DNA of 64,000 nt from Takakia lepidozioides (lineage: Eukaryota > Plantae > Bryophyta): the NCBI GenBank assembly GCA_030704615.1, contig CM060733.1, forward strand, positions 12,090,001-12,154,000. The letters run 5' to 3'. Below, in pieces: positions 30,780 to 44,589 of the stretch. Both the position numbers and the translations under genes were made by a program. The notes under the pieces were generated by a model that did not search any database, had not been told where the DNA came from, and worked only from the letters and a program-made list of their open reading frames with translations. Position 1 is the first letter of the stretch; each line of letters begins with the position of its first letter.

Positions 30780-31325
30780 CGTCAGTGTTACATCAGCCAA
30801 TGTGCTTCTCGATCATTACCCTCTTTCTAAAAACACCGCCCACAAAAACCGAGGAACAGGTTGTAATTCCCTTTCAAATCCGACCCACATCCTGCCCCAC
30901 AATGCTTTGGCCCCTCTCAATCTCTTTCCTACTTGCACAGCGAGCTTGACGTCTATTCAAACATAACGGCCTAATACTATAAGCAAACCAAAGATCACTG
31001 TGATTCTCTTCGTCTCTTCTGATGGTGATTCTCCTGTCCTATCCTCCAACAGCCTGCATCCCCACAACAATCCCAACTTAGTACCCCACCCGTGTCTCCT
31101 CTTTCAGGTTGCTTGGAAGAGGACACATGGATGAATGCGACGTAAAAAACACTGAAACGTTCAAGATACTTTTAGTACTTTTAGTATCATCACTGTAGCA
31201 CAGGCGGTAGCCTTTGTAATTGGAAGTCAGGATTGATCTTTGAGTTGGCTGGTCACAGACCATTTCTGTTCTGTGAATCCATTCCTGCATTCTCTCACTC
31301 CACCCATCCGTAAAATCTAGGCACC

Positions 31326-34300
31326 ATGGCAGCCTCAGTGGCTCTCAACTCTACAGCATCACTCACCGCTACCGGCAGGTCCACATCTGCTCGCTTTCAG
31401 GGAGGAGATAGTGCCTCTACCTGCAGAGCCTGCAACTTGGCGGGATGGTCCAAGGGGACCTTTCTTTCAGCCTCTGTGTCTCTGAATGGTTTCCGCATTG
31501 TTTCCCAGGGGACAAATTCAGTAAAGCCTTCAAAGGCAGGCGTCAACGTCAGGGCTTCTGCTTCAAATCCTATGAGGGAGTTCGCTCTTCGGGATTTCAA
31601 TGGCGGACGGGCTCTCAAGGTAACGGAGATGAAGGGTTGCAGGTTTGGGGCTGTCTCCAAGTGGGCTTCTAACCTCCATGGTCGATTGAGCAACTAAACC
31701 ATATGTGATTAGATGAAGTTGCGACGATTACTTCAAGATATCCGTATCATTGTCACAAACACGTGGGAATGTTCATAGTGGTGAAGGAAGCCCACCTTAT
31801 GAATGTAAGATTTTGATTTTGAAGAGGCTCAAGTGCTGTAGGGGCGATTCAATGACTCTTGCCAGGGTTCAAACTTGACTTGCGCTCCTGCGGCAGGTTT
31901 GAGGGTTTAGGGATGTGAAGTAGAGATGACGGATTTGTCTTTCTGTTTGGGTTTGCTGGTGACCAGGTTATAGCAGGTCTGCAGAATTTTGACGCTGAAA
32001 AAGTGGCAGCGGTGGTCATCGCTGCTGAAAAGGTAGTAGCTTATTTGATAGCAACTCCAGAGCTTGATTATATGTGCATTAGGTGTCGAACCTTCTGGTT
32101 CTCCATTTTCTACATTGATTTGCGCTTATTCATTTCCATACATTTTTTCCTTTGGCAGATTGGTTTCATGTACTGACATGTGGGCTGACCGCAGATCTAG
32201 AGAAGTAAACTCTGCAATTCAACAATTGGCATGCATCTACCATGTTTTTTCCCTCCTCTTTGTGGTCTCTTACAAGAGTATATATTGGTGTCCCAGGGGG
32301 GTGCGACTCACGTGGATATTGCATGTTCCCCAGAGCTGGTGAAGCTGGCCACCCGTCTGACTAGCCTTCCTGTGAGTTTGCAATTAGTCTAACTGAGATT
32401 TCCTCTAGTTTTCTTTCTGCACCATTAGATAGACATTTCAGTATATATTGCTGTGTTCATTGGTTTTGTCAACTGCACTGTGAAACTGAGAAGTATCTGG
32501 CCAGTTTGTCGGCCTTCGAATGGAAGTTGCTGCACATGGTCATGAAGCTCTGAACATATCAAATGTTTGCTAGGAAAATCCATTGTATGGAGAGAGAGCT
32601 TTTTCCTTGTTAAAATCTGCAGTGAGCTTTATTAGGTTTAAAATGAGCAACTGTAGAGATTATATCTTGAGACGGAGGCAGGCATGGTGTAATGTTTGTT
32701 CGGGGAATGTTTGTGGTATTGCTAGGTATGTGTGTCATCAGTGGAGCCGGAGGCTTTTGTTGCTGCTGTTGAAGCTGGTGCACACATGGTAATGTATCAA
32801 TGACACTCTGCTTATACCAGCTCTCTCATGTTTGGTTTTCTCTGCATATTTGTATTTTTTCTGGGCCTCCAATGGGCATAAAAATGCTACTCTTCTTCTT
32901 CTCTTTGTTCTTCTTTCGAGAACCTTTTCTGATGCATCATTATGGATTTCTTTGCACATAAAGATCTATTCAAAAGTCTTTCTCATGACCTGTTTGAAAG
33001 CTGTGTCCTGCCATGGGCTTAAGTGCGCAAATGCTCGTACTAATGTATCCCTATGATTATGAGTTTTGGAGATGATGGTCGGGATGCCAGATAATGTCGT
33101 CGATAATGTGAATTCCCACTACCTGAGGGAGCCTTCTCATTGGTGGCTCTGAATGTCCTTTCCTCCCCCTTCTATGTCCCCTCTAATTCGGGCGAGTGGT
33201 TGGAGGCCACATTCCATTGGACGCAAAGTCCATGGTCATTTTGTAGTCTATTGCATCGAAGTCTCATGAATACATCTTTCCTTCTCCCCAATTTCGCCCT
33301 CCTCCCACAGGCATACAATTGGCCTCCCTCTCATCAATACGTCTCTTCTTTTCAGGTGGAGATTGGCAACTACGACTCCTTCTACAACAGTGGCCGTGTG
33401 TTTTCTGCTGTAGAGGTACTCTTAAGTTGGTACTGGAGGCCTCAGTGTCAACCCTATTCTCTGGGATGGCCAGTTCTCACATGGCATGCTAAAAAATCAG
33501 TCTTCATCCCTGTGCTCTAAAGTTGATGGCGCAAGTTTTGCTCGATATCCGTTGATTTTCTAGTCAGAAATGGCAAGCTTAGTCATCCATAAGTCTACAA
33601 CTTCACAAAGTTGGCCCTTCTAAGTTTGTTCGGTGACTCGCTGTACCCATCTAGTAGGCTCCCCAGTTCTACACAACATTATAGTCATTAATCCAATGGA
33701 GGGGATGTTTTAAAGAATGATGAGCAACCATTGGATCACTCTTTATGCGATTGACAGGTTTTGGAGCTAACTAGGAAGACCCGAGAGCTTCTGCCTACTG
33801 TCACCCTCTCTGTTACTGTTCCTCACACACTACCCCTTGATGAGCAAGTAAGTTTCAGGCCAAGTTATGAATATGGAAGGGGATTGGCACAATTTGGTGG
33901 TTCTTGGAGTGATATGAATATGATTGTCCAAATCTGATTGAGTTTTAATTTGACTCAACATTGAAAAACATTTCTGGGTCTCAGCCTGTCTTAAGTGCTT
34001 TAAAAAGAAAAATGTTCATATGAGGAACTATTAGAAGCAAATGCTATCAGTTTCTATAGATTTACTGCTCAAACCTGTAACTGTGTATGTCCAATGGTTT
34101 GACATTTTTATAAACAATCTAATGATACCCAAGAATTTAACAGTGGATAAAGATAAGGTTGAGCTGGGTGTAGATCTTGCAGATGAAGATTCCTGGTTGC
34201 CCGGTCTATGACAAGTTTCGAATGTTGTCTCTGCAGGTAACTCTTGCAGAGAAGCTGGAAGCACAAGGAGCAGACATCATTCAAACCGAAGGAGGCACTA

Positions 34301-35040
34301 GCGCAGCACCCTCCAGCCCTGGGGTGCAAGGTCTTATTGAAAAGGTACTACACTCTACGGCATTGCACACTGTTGTACTCATCATTATTGTATTCCTGAA
34401 TTAAGCAGAACTGTGACTGCAGTTGTAGCATATGACGGCATCCTTACCGAAGTAAAAGCTTTCACTTTGCAGTCATGTTTTGGGGTTCTATACATCATGT
34501 TTGCCCGTTGGATGGTTAATAATGATGTGGTAATCACAGGCTTCTCCAACTTTGGCAGCTGCCTACTCCATCTCAAAGGCGGTCAGGATCCCTGTCATGT
34601 GTGCATCAGGAGTCAGTGCTGTGACAGCACGCATGGCCTGTGCTGCAGGAGCTGCTGGCGTGGTAAGTCACCATGGGCATATCTCTTCTATGCCAATTGC
34701 TCAAGGCATGATAAGTTGGAGGATTTGAGATTTGAAGATGGCTCTGTGGTAGATTTGAGACTAAGAGTTTTCAAAAAAGTGGTTTAGTCCATCCATATGG
34801 ACCTAGAAAAAAATCCTCTCTTTAAAAGCAGTTAGACTGGGGGGATTTTTTCTCTGTATATCTCTTTCTATGTCTCACACTGTGGTCCAACATGCACAGG
34901 GTGTTGGTTCAGCGGTGAACAAACTCAATGATCAAATTGCAATGGTGGCTGCAGTTCGGAGCATTGCAGATGCTCTGGGCCTGCCCTCACGCTCTCCAGT
35001 CTCATCATCCTTTGCCATCTCGTCCACAGTTACTCACTGA
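31326..35040 (+). CDS. Ycf23/DUF561 family TIM-barrel protein, plastid-targeted, ~9 exons
   Basis: Spliced: ALK|VIAGLQNFDA...|GGATHVDIAC...|VCVSSVEP...|VEIGNYDSFY...|...LSVTVPHTLPLDEQ|...GADIIQTEGGTS...LIEK|ASPTLAAAYSIS...VMCASG...|GVGSAVNKLND; stop TGA 35038-35040. Confidence 0.9.
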
Positions 35041-38000
35041 TCAGCTAGATCATAAATCTTGCTTTGTGGTCTGACTGTGAGCAAGGTAGCACGTACCACA
35101 GTTGGCAGTGTGTGTGGATGTTGAGGCTCTTCCAGCGAGTAGCATATAGCGGGAGCATGATCAAAGAGTGTCAAAGACGATGCTCCTCCTCTTTTCAAAA
35201 GAAGGATATGTTTTACAAAATGCCGCAGTTTCCCCTTGGGCCTCTTTACCCTTTGTGGGTGTTTATACAAGATTGCTGCTACGACAGCTTTGCATCTAGG
35301 ACATGGTCTAGTTCACCTGAATGCTGAGTGTTTTCTCAACTTTAAGCCATTGGTTTTATTGGAATGATAGGACCATCACCTCAGGTGGCTGAGTCTGTCT
35401 TCTCCTGTCTAATGAATGCTTGATGGCTCATCTGCAGTATGAATTAGCTAGTACTCAAGCATTCATATAATTTGTACAGCAAAAAGACCCAAGACCCACC
35501 ACGGGTGGATTTCTCATGCAAGCCATGAGCCCAGGGGTGTTTTTGTGAGGGCCGCATTACAGGGGACCAAGCCCATAACTCTATGGTTGCAGGTATAACC
35601 AGGGAGGTTCCGTCATGCTGCATGGGAAGTTAGGGGGGCCCACAACCAGTGTTTCTTCCCACCTTCTTAAGCCCTGCTCAAACATTGTACTGGAAACACA
35701 GGAGGTCTTTATGATAGCAAGCATTGTTTTGGTTAATGCAATCTGTTACTGCTCCCAATATGGTTAATGGATCCATTTGTGACAGAAGTCTTCCACAACT
35801 TCGACATCAATTACTAACAAATTTTAGGCTCTTACCAGCCTCAATATCCTTGATGTGAGCAACACTTCAAAAGTGCAATACACCTGCCTGTATTCTCAGA
35901 AACACAGCAAAGATGAGAATACTGTGAAGCACCTTTTGAGCACCTCTACCGACTTCACAGCTCTAATAGTCAGAGGATGGTGGTCACACAGGTGCCTGTA
36001 CCTATCAGAACCATACCTTCAAAGTATTTTCTGAAATCAAAGAATCGTCTCAACAGGGCTGTAGCCTGGTGGTAAGTCACACGAGTATTGGCCAGTTGGG
36101 ATGGGTGTCAAACCCCTGTCGTCTGTCTCTCTGCCTTCGGGTTGGGGCTCTGCCCCGGTAATGCCTGTGTACAATACCTGCCGGGAAAGTCTCCCACTTT
36201 GGAAGTGTTAATCACTACATTACCTAGAGACCTATTGGTTGCCAAAGTCATGCATGGTTCTCGAATAATACCGCATGCATCCCAGACACAAATGCAGCTA
36301 TTGAGGAATTTGTATGCAGCTCCATTTTATTGATCCCCCGACATCCCAGATGCAAATGTGGAGTTGCCCAAAATAACTGGTGGTTTTGCTCTTGTGAAAT
36401 GTACACGTTGGCCAAACACAATGTGCACGGTTCATAAACCGGAGTTGAAGTGGGCATATTGTGACTGCACCTAGGCCCTAAGAAGGTAATTTATGTGCTC
36501 ACCAAGTCAAAGTTCCGCACATGCATCATCCGCACTTGGATCTTCACCGATGTGCTTACCTATGGGATCACCAACATCTCCTGTTTCATCACGCATCTCA
36601 CCCATTGTACAAAGCCCATCAACCGACATACTGGCATGTATCGAAACCGATATACGTGACATTCTCGATGTCACGTCAGGGGATTTGCATTCCAACAACA
36701 TCTTCTTGCCATGTTGCGAGCTAAAAGGGAGAAAAAATGAGGATTGCAATCACTAGAGGGACATGGAAAGCGACGCAATTTGACTGGGTGATCTGACCAA
36801 AAAAGTCTGTAAGAATGACATAGTTTTTTTTTTTTTTTTTTTTTCCAACAGTACGTTTATGTTTACGAAATTGAGCTTCACTTAAATTCAATAATATATG
36901 AGGACGACGACATAGACTTGGACGGACGAAATGTAGCGCCATGTTTCGTTTTTCAGCTCTTATGCGTGCACCTTCAGATACCCCTTGCTGATCAAGGAAC
37001 AAAATGCGGCTCTGCATTTTGTCCGTCATCGAGTGTGTGTGAGTCTCCAAAAACACCCCTCATTGGTCAACGAACAAAATGAGGCGCTGCATTTCGTCCA
37101 GTTTGTGTATGTGCGCCTTCATTGACACCTCGGCCATCAACGGACTTGTGAACTTTATAATAACTGCAACAGTTACATCGGTTGTGGCTTCACTTGCACC
37201 GTTGCTGAGCCCCCACATGTACACACAACCAAGAAGAATCTCAATGATAGGCAGGGAAAGCCTACTGCGAGGAGATTGCAGTAGGAAAAAAACAGCAGAA
37301 AACGATTGAAAGCCTTTGTAGAAGAGAGGAAGAGAAAGCATCCTACATTGTCAGTGGAGACGTCCAATGTGGACTCCTCGAGTAGAATGCCATCATATGG
37401 ATACCCAACAACAATGGCTAAAAAAACTGGGTATATTTGGTTTTGCTTGCTTGTAAATCTCTCTAGGGAGAAAATCCAATATTTTTTCATTCCACAACTA
37501 CATGAATTTGTGTTTGCGATGAAAGAGGTGAAAGAGATGTTTTAGACTATAGTCTAGCATTTCCCCAGACATTCCCTAGATCTGTAGCACTATCATTGAA
37601 ATATGGCTAAGGTAATATGTAAATTTTCTACTATGAGAACAAAGGTGGGTATAGATCTCTCTCTCTTTCTCTCTCTCTCTACCTCCTTTCCAAGCTAGGC
37701 GCAGGGTCTATGGCTACAAAACTACAACAAACAACGTCTTATGTACATTCTCTCTTTCAAAAAATATACTACATTGTGCTCAACAATGTGGTATGGATTG
37801 GGCATTCTACAAATATATTCATGAAATGGATGTACATTTTAATCACAATGACTCGGCTTTACTATAAACTACTTCCAGCAACTACTAGAGGGGTTGTTTA
37901 TTGTAAGCTTTGTTATAGATTTTTTTTTGGAGATTTTAGTGTACCTATAACTGAAGTTTTATCGCTAAGTGATAACGTACAAGATTGGCCTAGTATATAG

Positions 38001-39731
38001 CTCCACTGTTGATTGACACCTTGACATACAAGGGGGACTGAGTACCATGCAAGCAAAATGTGTACATGTATTGTCAAGGCTGTGTCTGAACATCATTCTG
38101 ATAAAGTTCTGTTGTTATTGTCAGTGCACATTTCGAGTTCCATCATAGAAGCTCAAAAGTTGCAAGAATTGGAGAAGAGAAATAGGTACAGGAACTCATT
38201 GTATAGTACACCATGCAAAGAACGCCATCCACGAGGCAGGTTGGAAGCCACTCCCAGTTCTGCATCCGAATCGGAGGTAAAATGGATTAAAACTCCACAT
38301 AGAGACCAACAAATGGGAACTCGAGTTTGTTGTTTCAAATTGTGCTTGACAAGATTTTGCAACTAAAGCTAGTGTAACTTTGAAAGAAAGACAAAATGGT
38401 ACTAAATGCCATCAATCTATAGCCACATTTGGAGTACAATACGACAACTATATTATGGTAGGCACTTTTTGACTTTATCTACTAGTATGTCCCAAAAGCC
38501 GTCATACATTTCTTTCTAGTCGTGTCAATCTTGATGGTATACATCAATCTATGGCCAAACATAGAACCCTATCTATATTGTATTATCTACAATGTATACA
38601 CACACATATATATATTCACAAATCTCTACCATACTGAGGGCCCGAGGGCTAGTTGATATTATTTTTTCTACTTTTTGTTTGTTGTGTCTCAAATGCTATG
38701 ATAATTATTTTTCATCATCTTGAACCTTACTAGCTGTGATATAGAATTTCATGACCTAGACATCAAAGAGTAATATACAACCCTATAATCCAACCACTTA
38801 AAATTTCCACCTGCAGGTACACGGTAAGGATGTGAGAAGAGTATATACTTCTTTGGGACAAGACCAACAACATTACCATGTCTTCAATGATAATGAACCA
38901 GCATCATGCATCTACGATACTTTCCAGAAGGAAGTGTCAGTGTATTGCAAACTTTTGGACAAGGAAGCTATGGAGTATGTGGGGACCTTCATTCGTACAA
39001 TCAATACAATTTCAAATGTAATCCCAAGACGCAATTCCAACAAGATCAGCACCACACACTAGACTCTTTAGCTTTGACGAACAAGCATGCTGACAAGATT
39101 TACAAATGGGAGAATCTGATAATTGGGTTCTCCAAAAGAAACTTTTATAAGGCCCAACATATTTGGCTAATCAATCAAAGCTAGTCTACTGAAGGGTACC
39201 TATATAATTGTGATGAATCATAATGAATGTTTGCATAACATAAGTCTTTCCTTAGAAAAATTTAGCCCAACATTTTCGAAGTAGGCTTCAAAGTCCCTTA
39301 ATGGAAAAGATTCAGCTGCAAGGTCAGTGAGAAGGGGATCAGCTAGAGATGGAGACAAATCGAGCACATTCTTTGACAACATTGGCAATGTCTCCTCCAA
39401 CATGCTGTATACACTCTACATAAATCAATACCAAAGTTATAAAGTAGTTTGCTAGCTCTCGCGGTACATTCGGATCATATTCGTCACTTCGTCTGAGCAC
39501 AAATGAACATTAAGCTCCTGCTTGTAGAACCGCATTTACAAGCATATAACTCATGGTATTGTCATGAGGAACTAATTTCAATGCTTCCTATACAATCGTC
39601 TTCATAATTTCAGCCCTATGCATTCTGCTCATACTTGCCTACGAAGCATTGTCATCCCGGATCAACCTCTATGGCACTGGAATATGAGATTATTTTTTCC
39701 TCTATGTACTATTCTGGGGCTTTTAGTATAG

Positions 39732-39835
39732 GGTAAGCCTCCGAGTGGACGGGATTACCGAAATGAGCCCAACCACGAGGCGGTAGCCGAGTGGCAGGGC
39801 GAGTGTAGGTAATCCCCTCCACTCTGAGGTTTACC
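39732..39835. repeat. Short fold-back element (28-bp imperfect inverted repeats), MITE-like; copy at 58319-58422
   Basis: ggtaagcctccgagtggacgggattacc (39732-39759) matches the reverse complement of ggtaatcccctccactctgaggtttacc (39808-39835) at 25/28. Confidence 0.65.
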
Positions 39836-42513
39836 ATGCGTGAAGAACGCACAGGGAACGTTGTAATGCACTGGTTAGCCTGGCGGGTAGAATCTTATAG
39901 GATTCTACATTCCTAGTGACATTCCTGCACACGGGTACGAACAAGAACAATTTTATATAATTGGAAAAAGTACGCAGAAGTCATTGTCAAATTACCTGAG
40001 ATCTGTACCAATTGAAATAATCATATGTACATTCACCTAGGAATATCCAGACTGATTGATACAGAAGCGTGTCCCAGACCCTTAAACAGCGGAATGCCCA
40101 CCCACATGACATCGTAAGTTAACCTGTATCCCAACCCCGGTAGAGTCCTGAGACAAATGCATTTACGTATCTCAAAGAATTGGCCCGTCGCTTTCATAAA
40201 GCGACCCTCTTGGGTGTCACTTTTCCCGATCCGACCTCTGGGAGTCCTAAAACCCTTCGATGTCCCATGACTCCATCAAGGAGTGGAGTGATTTTGTTAG
40301 GCTCGGGGTGGGGCATGAATGCTATGGGTCACCCTTTCTCCAGTGCCGCAACTACCACCATCCAGTCACATGCCCTGGCGGTTTACAGGAAATTGTGTGA
40401 GACAAACTTCACTGAACAATTCAAGCATGTGGTGGTGTTGGGGGGCTTCAACCTCCGGATCACAAGCTCAGCCGCCAAAGAGAAGAAATTCACTCTTTCA
40501 TCTGATATGCAAAGATCTTCAAGGAATAATTGAGAAATTAATTGCGGATTGCAAACTGATGTACAATTTTGTTCCTAGATTTTTTAGTCACTGGTGGTTG
40601 ATGTGGAGAAGGTTATTGTGCTTTTGTGTATGTCTTTCAACAAGGCTTGTGGATTCTTGCAGCAACCATTCATACTCTGCATGAAATGTGGTATAAAAGC
40701 TCACCTACGACAACCCAAACCAATGACAAAATGAGTATATAAAAATTGAATGTATGAAATATTCATACAAGAAATTATAAAAGACCGAATGAAAAATATG
40801 GAAGTTATATGATGTGGACATCATTTTAAGAGAGACCATTTGTCACAGTAAGCTCAAAACGTTATTCTACTTGACCTTGGATATCAATAATAATCACAAC
40901 AATTGTGGCTATTGCGAACTTTTGATGGAAGCGCTTAAAAAAGGTAGAGATAGAATTATTGGTCAGAAATTCAAGACATGATGAGTTGCCAAGGGCCGTG
41001 CAATGGATTCCACAAGTGTGATGGTTGTTATTTTCAGACATAATTCTAGATCTTTTTTTTCGAACTTCATTTTGAGGCATATACTGAAATTTACCAAGTG
41101 CACATATTAACCACCCCTAACAACTTGTGTGCATGGGTCTAGACCAAAGAACCAAGATGATAATGCTAACAGTGGTGTATCTCTCTTTGTTAGTCATAAT
41201 ACAATGCAAATATATATTGTCAGAATCAAACACAAAAGGTTTCGTAAAGTTTGTATAGTAGCTTAAGACCATCCTCTCAAACAGAGCATCTTTAACAGTC
41301 AAATCAAGATCATGATCTACTATCAGTAGCGGACTTGACAATGGAACAAAAACATAGAGATGGTAGAGAAAATGAAGAGACATAAATAAAAATAGCATAC
41401 AATGAAATATGAGAGTGGATTTATACTAACGGAATGATGTTGAATTCATGTGCACCTTGCAGATGAGAAGATTTGATTGTGTTGAAGTGCGCCGAAGTTG
41501 CATGATAGACCTATGGTGTGGAAATCAAAGTAATTATGAGCTGTTCGTAGATAAAACGTCATTCTAACAATGACGGTTACGAGCAGTTTGTTATACATGT
41601 AAAACATGCATCACTTTGAATCTACAACAATATTGCCAAAACACAAGCAAGTAAAGAAGAGTACAACAAACTCATGTTGGTCGTGATCCACTTGAATGTC
41701 GAAGGCTCTGTGGGCTACTTTTGCATGGCGCAACATTCAAGTGCAAGATAATATTGCCATGATTGAAGACCCTTCTTGAGAGGATGGCCATAGCCATATT
41801 ATGGAACAATGCAAAGGGAACACCAGAGTGATTCACGACCTTATATGTACATAGTGATTCTATCAACAACACAAATTCAAAGGTAGGACAATCAACCTCA
41901 CGGATCCAAAGAGATTGTGATAAAAACTACCGTCCTTTGACCACATTTTCTCCTTCGACTTCAACATGAAGCATAATATCTATTTTATAATGCAACAAAA
42001 GAAACCTTGAACCCTAATTGGATGTAAAACTTAAGCAATGAATGAAAAGTTTAAATAACGAATGAAAAAGAAGTTTGGGATTTGAACCCACTGTTGGTAT
42101 TGGAAACCAGAATTGCAATTATAATATAGTGTATCTATCATGTATTGACTAGGGCTACGCGTTGCTCCGCTAGTGACGACTTCTGAGAACAATAATCAAG
42201 TTTTATAGAAATATAATGTAGGAGTATAATCTCACGGTATTTTTGTCGGATTTAGGCAGCATCGGAAGTAGTTATAGTTATGGTTATAGTCTTTTAGGTG
42301 AAGTGACATCATAAGTTATGTTTGCTTCTGCAAAAGTTGTTTTCCCTTCCTTCCTTCTTATATCGTTCGATAACTCTTCATATTCTAAAATTTAATTAAA
42401 AATACAACAGATATATAGGGAAAAACATTTCAAATAAACTTTTAAATTCAAAAAATTATTAACTTTAAAATCAGAACATATTCAATTAATGGTAACATTT
42501 TTATTATAGAGAA

Positions 42514-42694
42514 TAATATTTTAATATTTGACGCCTCCCGAAGGAAGCGTAAATTATGGTGTCTCTTCACCCCCAAAGGGTTACTGCCTTCCGTTAGGAA
42601 GGTGGACACCTTTGTGACACCAAGGGTGGATTGAACCCACAACCACTTCCGAGGTGGTATGTGCCCATCACCACTAGGCTACAACTTGATTGTC
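42514..42694 (-). mobile_element. tRNA-derived SINE with a 12-bp target-site duplication; copy at 61101-61281
   Basis: Minus strand: A-box-like TAGCCTAGTGG and B-box-like GGTTCAATCC, AT-rich tail. Direct repeat TATTATAGAGAA at 42502-42513 and 42695-42706. Confidence 0.8.
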
Positions 42695-43229
42695 TATTAT
42701 AGAGAACAAAAAGTCCGATTGGAGATGATGTAACTAAGTGCCATTTCATTTTATTCTAGCGACGACCGAAGGTCGGAAGCTAGTTTATCGTAGAGCAGGA
42801 ATAGGGTGCCAAAGTGCCACGTTTTTATCGCCAAGTCATCATCGTCATGTCATCTGCGTCAAATTGTTTACATCTGCCCGGATTGCCCGCCCAAAAACGC
42901 CAATAGAATTCGTCGCGCCAACTGTTTCGAAACTGCCCAAACTGCCATTTTCTTGAACCGCAGGAGGGGGTTCACAGGCCAATAGCAATTCGCAGATGGA
43001 GACGTTCACGGATTCTGAGTACACAGCAGGAGCTCTCACAATGGTGGGACAACCGCAATCGCAAGCTGTGGCTTTTCTTAATGTACGATGTGAAGAAGTT
43101 TGTCCATCTTGAAAATGGGTACCATGATTTGTTATTCTTCCTGATGTTTACAAGGTTCTTGGGAGATTCAGCTTGGTGTTAGCAGGCCGTGTTTCAATCT
43201 CTGCCTGCTCAGCTGTACCGTGGTGGTTC

Positions 43230-44410
43230 TCACAGACCAATCCGACATTACCTGACTATAGACACAAACAGCACACACAAGAGGTCCTTTTAGGTTGATG
43301 GTCGGCCAAATCCTCCATGGGTCATGACACAAGGTCAAGGACAATGTGGTGAGGGCACCTTCTTCTTCGATCTATTTGAGCCTGTTTTGCCCTCTCATCA
43401 GACTCGGCCTTGACAAGTTACTGTCGTTGTGGCAGCAGGAAAGTATCCAAAAACAGATAACAGAGATGAGGAGAATCTTGGGAATGAACACTTTTCCGAC
43501 CCCAGTCAATGGTGGGACAATGGACACAAAAAGGTGAATCTCTGTTGGACTACAGAGAGAAGCAGATGCAATTCAGAATTGGGGTGTCAGGTGCTAGAAG
43601 TCTCCATGGGTCATGAAACAAGGTAAGAACAATGTGGTGAGGGCACCTTCTTCTTCGACCTCTTTCAGCCTGTTTTGTCCTCTCATCAGATTCGACCCTG
43701 AGATGTGGGTCCAGATTCATCCAAGAGGGTCGGATTTCAAGCTCCAGATCACCTATGATTCCATATGGAAGGATAGCTACAAGAAACCTGCATGGGTAGA
43801 TGGTCAACTGGAAGCCGCAACAACAGGAGCAGCCGTACAATTGATAATGTCAGGCATTGCTAATGAAGGCACCTTCTTCAAAACATTTCACCCTGTTTTT
43901 CCCTCTTCTCACAATCGGCCCTAAATTTTCATGTTGAATTCTGCAAGGTAGCTGGTTGAGTGAACCTTTGATAGTTTGGAGTGACTTTGACATGATACTA
44001 CTGCCAATATAACAACAGTGAAGTATCCATAAATAGGTAATAGAGACGAGGAGAGGTTGTGAAATGAATACTTTTCTGACCCCAGTCAATGGTGGGACAA
44101 TGGAGACAAAAGGTGAATGCCTATTGGATTACAGAGAGTAGCAGATGCAATTGAGGATATGAACTAGAGCGATATGTTGAGTTGGGTGTTTCCTAGAACA
44201 AATCTAGGCTGTCATTGTCAGCTGATAGCAACAAGGCAGGGATATATGTATGATTTGTGCAGAGGCATGGATAGCTGAAGGAGCATGGATAGTGTGTGGG
44301 TGGACAGATTCATCCAAGAGGGCCGACTTCAAGCTCCAGATGACCTATGATTCCATGTGTATCAAATAGCTACAATAAACCTGCATGGGTAGATGGTCAA
44401 CTAAAGGCAA
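43230..44410 (+). pseudogene. Degenerate PDF motifs of the OSB (organellar ssDNA-binding) type, in duplicated exon-like blocks
   Basis: NPTLPDYRHK...PPWV, EHFSDPSQWWDNGHKK, IHPRGSDFKLQITYDSIWKDSYKKPAWVDGQL (present twice) resemble the WWD..K.NP..PDFK....LW....P.WV consensus. Confidence 0.6.
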
Positions 44411-44589
44411 CAGCTGCAGTGGCGCAGTTGATAGAATCAGGCACCTCAACCATGACCACAACTTCTGGAAGAGGATCAAGAGAGGGAGTCCACAATGCCT
44501 TTTCTGGCACTTCTGGGCATGTGAAGATCTTTTGTGCGGCAGTCAGCCTGACAGACTCCAAACCAATGGGGCATTTCAGCAGATTCAGA

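Noticed and set aside
42148-42176. Possible Helitron 3' end (ACTAG...GCGTTGCTCCGCTAGT); similar CTAG end near 38650
   Set aside because: Weak hairpin, no matching 5' end or Rep/helicase sequence identified.
42624-42685. Functional tRNA gene
   Set aside because: No convincing cloverleaf or acceptor stem; it is embedded in a TSD-flanked SINE-like unit.
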